Assembly: GCF_963921235.1 (NCBI RefSeq)
Contig: NC_086097.1
Span: forward strand, 158,846,001 to 158,910,000
Direction: 5' to 3'
From: Mobula hypostoma
Taxonomy: Eukaryota
DNA length: 64,000 nucleotides
Under the pieces are notes generated by a model. It made no database searches and was not told the origin of the DNA. It saw only the letters and a program-made list of their open reading frames with translations. Below are positions 62,570 to 64,000 of this stretch, in pieces. Both the position numbers and the translations under genes were made by a program. Every line of letters begins with the position of its first letter. The first letter of the stretch is position 1.

Positions 62570-64000
62570 ATAAGACCATAAAACATAGGAGCAGAATTAG
62601 GCCATTTGGCTGTCAGGTCTGCTTGGCATGCAATCATGGCTGATCCTTTTTTCCGCTCTTCAGCCCCACTCCCTAGCCATCTTTCCATAACCTTTGATGC
62701 CATGTCCAATCAAGAACCTACCAAGCTCTGCCTTAAATACACCCAATGACCTGGCCTCCACAGCTGCCTATGGTAATAACTTCCACAAATTCACCACCCT
62801 TTGGCTTAAGAAATTTCTTTGCATCTGTTTGAAAGGGTGCCCCTCTATCCTGAGGCTGTGCCCTCTTGTCCTAGACTCCCTGCTATAGGAAACATCCTTT
62901 CCACATCTACTCTGTCTAGGCCTTTCAACATTCGAAAGGTTTTAATGAGATCCCCCCTCATCCTTCTAACTTTCAGTGAGTACAGAACCAGAGCCATCAA
63001 ACGTTTCTCATATGGTAACCCTTTCATTCCCAGAATCATCCTTGTGAACCTTCTCTGAACCCTCTCTAATGCCAGCACATCTTTTATTAGATGAGGAGCC
63101 CAAAACTGTTCATAATACTCAAGGTGAAGCCTCACCAGTGCCTTTTAAAGCCTCAGCATCACATCCCTGCTCCTGTATTCCAGACATCTTGAAATGAATG
63201 CTAACATTGCATTCGCCTTCCTCACCACCGACTCTACCTGCAAGTTAACGTTTGAGTTGTTCTGCATAAGGACTCCTAAGTCCCTTTGCATCTCTGGTTT
63301 ATGGATTTTCTCCCTGTTTAGAAAATGGTCTGCACATTTATTTCTACTTCCAAAGTGCACGACCATGCATTTTCCAACATTGTATTTCATTTGCCACTCT
63401 CTTGCCCATTCTTCTAATCTGTCTTAAGTCTTTCTGCAGCCTACCCGTTTCCTCAACACTACCTGCCCCTCCACCAATCTTCGTATCATCTGCAAACTTC
63501 ACAACAAAGCTATTTATTCCATTATCTAAATCTTTGCTATCTAGCATACAAAGAAGTGGTCTCAACACCGACCCCAACGGAACACCAGTAGTCACTGGCA
63601 GCCCACCAGAAAAGGATCCTTTTATTCATACTTACTGCCTCTTACCAATCAGCCAATCCTCTAACCACACCAGTAACTTTCCTGTAATACCATTGGTTTT
63701 AACTTGGTAAGCAGCCTCATGTGTGGTACCTTGTCAAAGTGCTTCTGAAAGTCCAAATATACAACATCCACTGCATCCCCTTTATCTATCCTATGTGTAA
63801 TCTCCTCAAAAAATTCCAACAGGTTCATTAGGCAAGATTTTCCCTTAATAAAACCATGCTGACTTTGTCCTATCCTGTCCTATGTCTCCAAGTACTTCAT
63901 AACCTCATCCTTAACAATTGACACCAAAATCTTCCCAACCACTGAGGCCAGGCTAACTGGTGTATAATTTCCTTTCTGCTGCCTTCCTCCTTTCCTAAAG
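62570..64000 (-). mobile_element. CR1 LINE RT and 3' end (runs off the window)
   Basis: GVPLGSVLRPLL...KFADDTKIGG, QRDLGVL, and HLEYYEQFWAPHL, with a CR1 tail at about 62570. Confidence 0.92.

Overview
This is repeat-dense vertebrate genomic DNA. The repeat inventory (CR1, Rex1/Babar and Tx1-type LINEs, V-SINE-like SINEs, Penelope-like elements) suggests a cartilaginous fish such as a ray or shark; that assignment is an inference. The window is probably mostly intronic, with three weak minus-strand exon candidates and no host gene I can name. The standout feature is a Mag-like Ty3/gypsy LTR element at 37797-41299 (minus strand). It has paired LTRs, a 5-bp TSD, a tRNA-Ser PBS and a PPT. Its RT-RNaseH-integrase region is replaced by an intronless, essentially full-length copy of SUDS3 (the SDS3 subunit of the Sin3-HDAC corepressor), fused in frame behind gag-protease; this copy is now a pseudogene. 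Other notable items: a perfect 80-bp inverted-repeat Penelope mini-insertion with an intact minimal hammerhead ribozyme inside that gag; a Tc1 element very close to Sleeping Beauty and built from two right arms; a hAT-like element with a 6-bp TSD; a 140-bp locally templated duplication at a LINE 5' junction; and an unexplained 691-bp insert splitting a Penelope end. Boundaries of old, degraded repeats are approximate.
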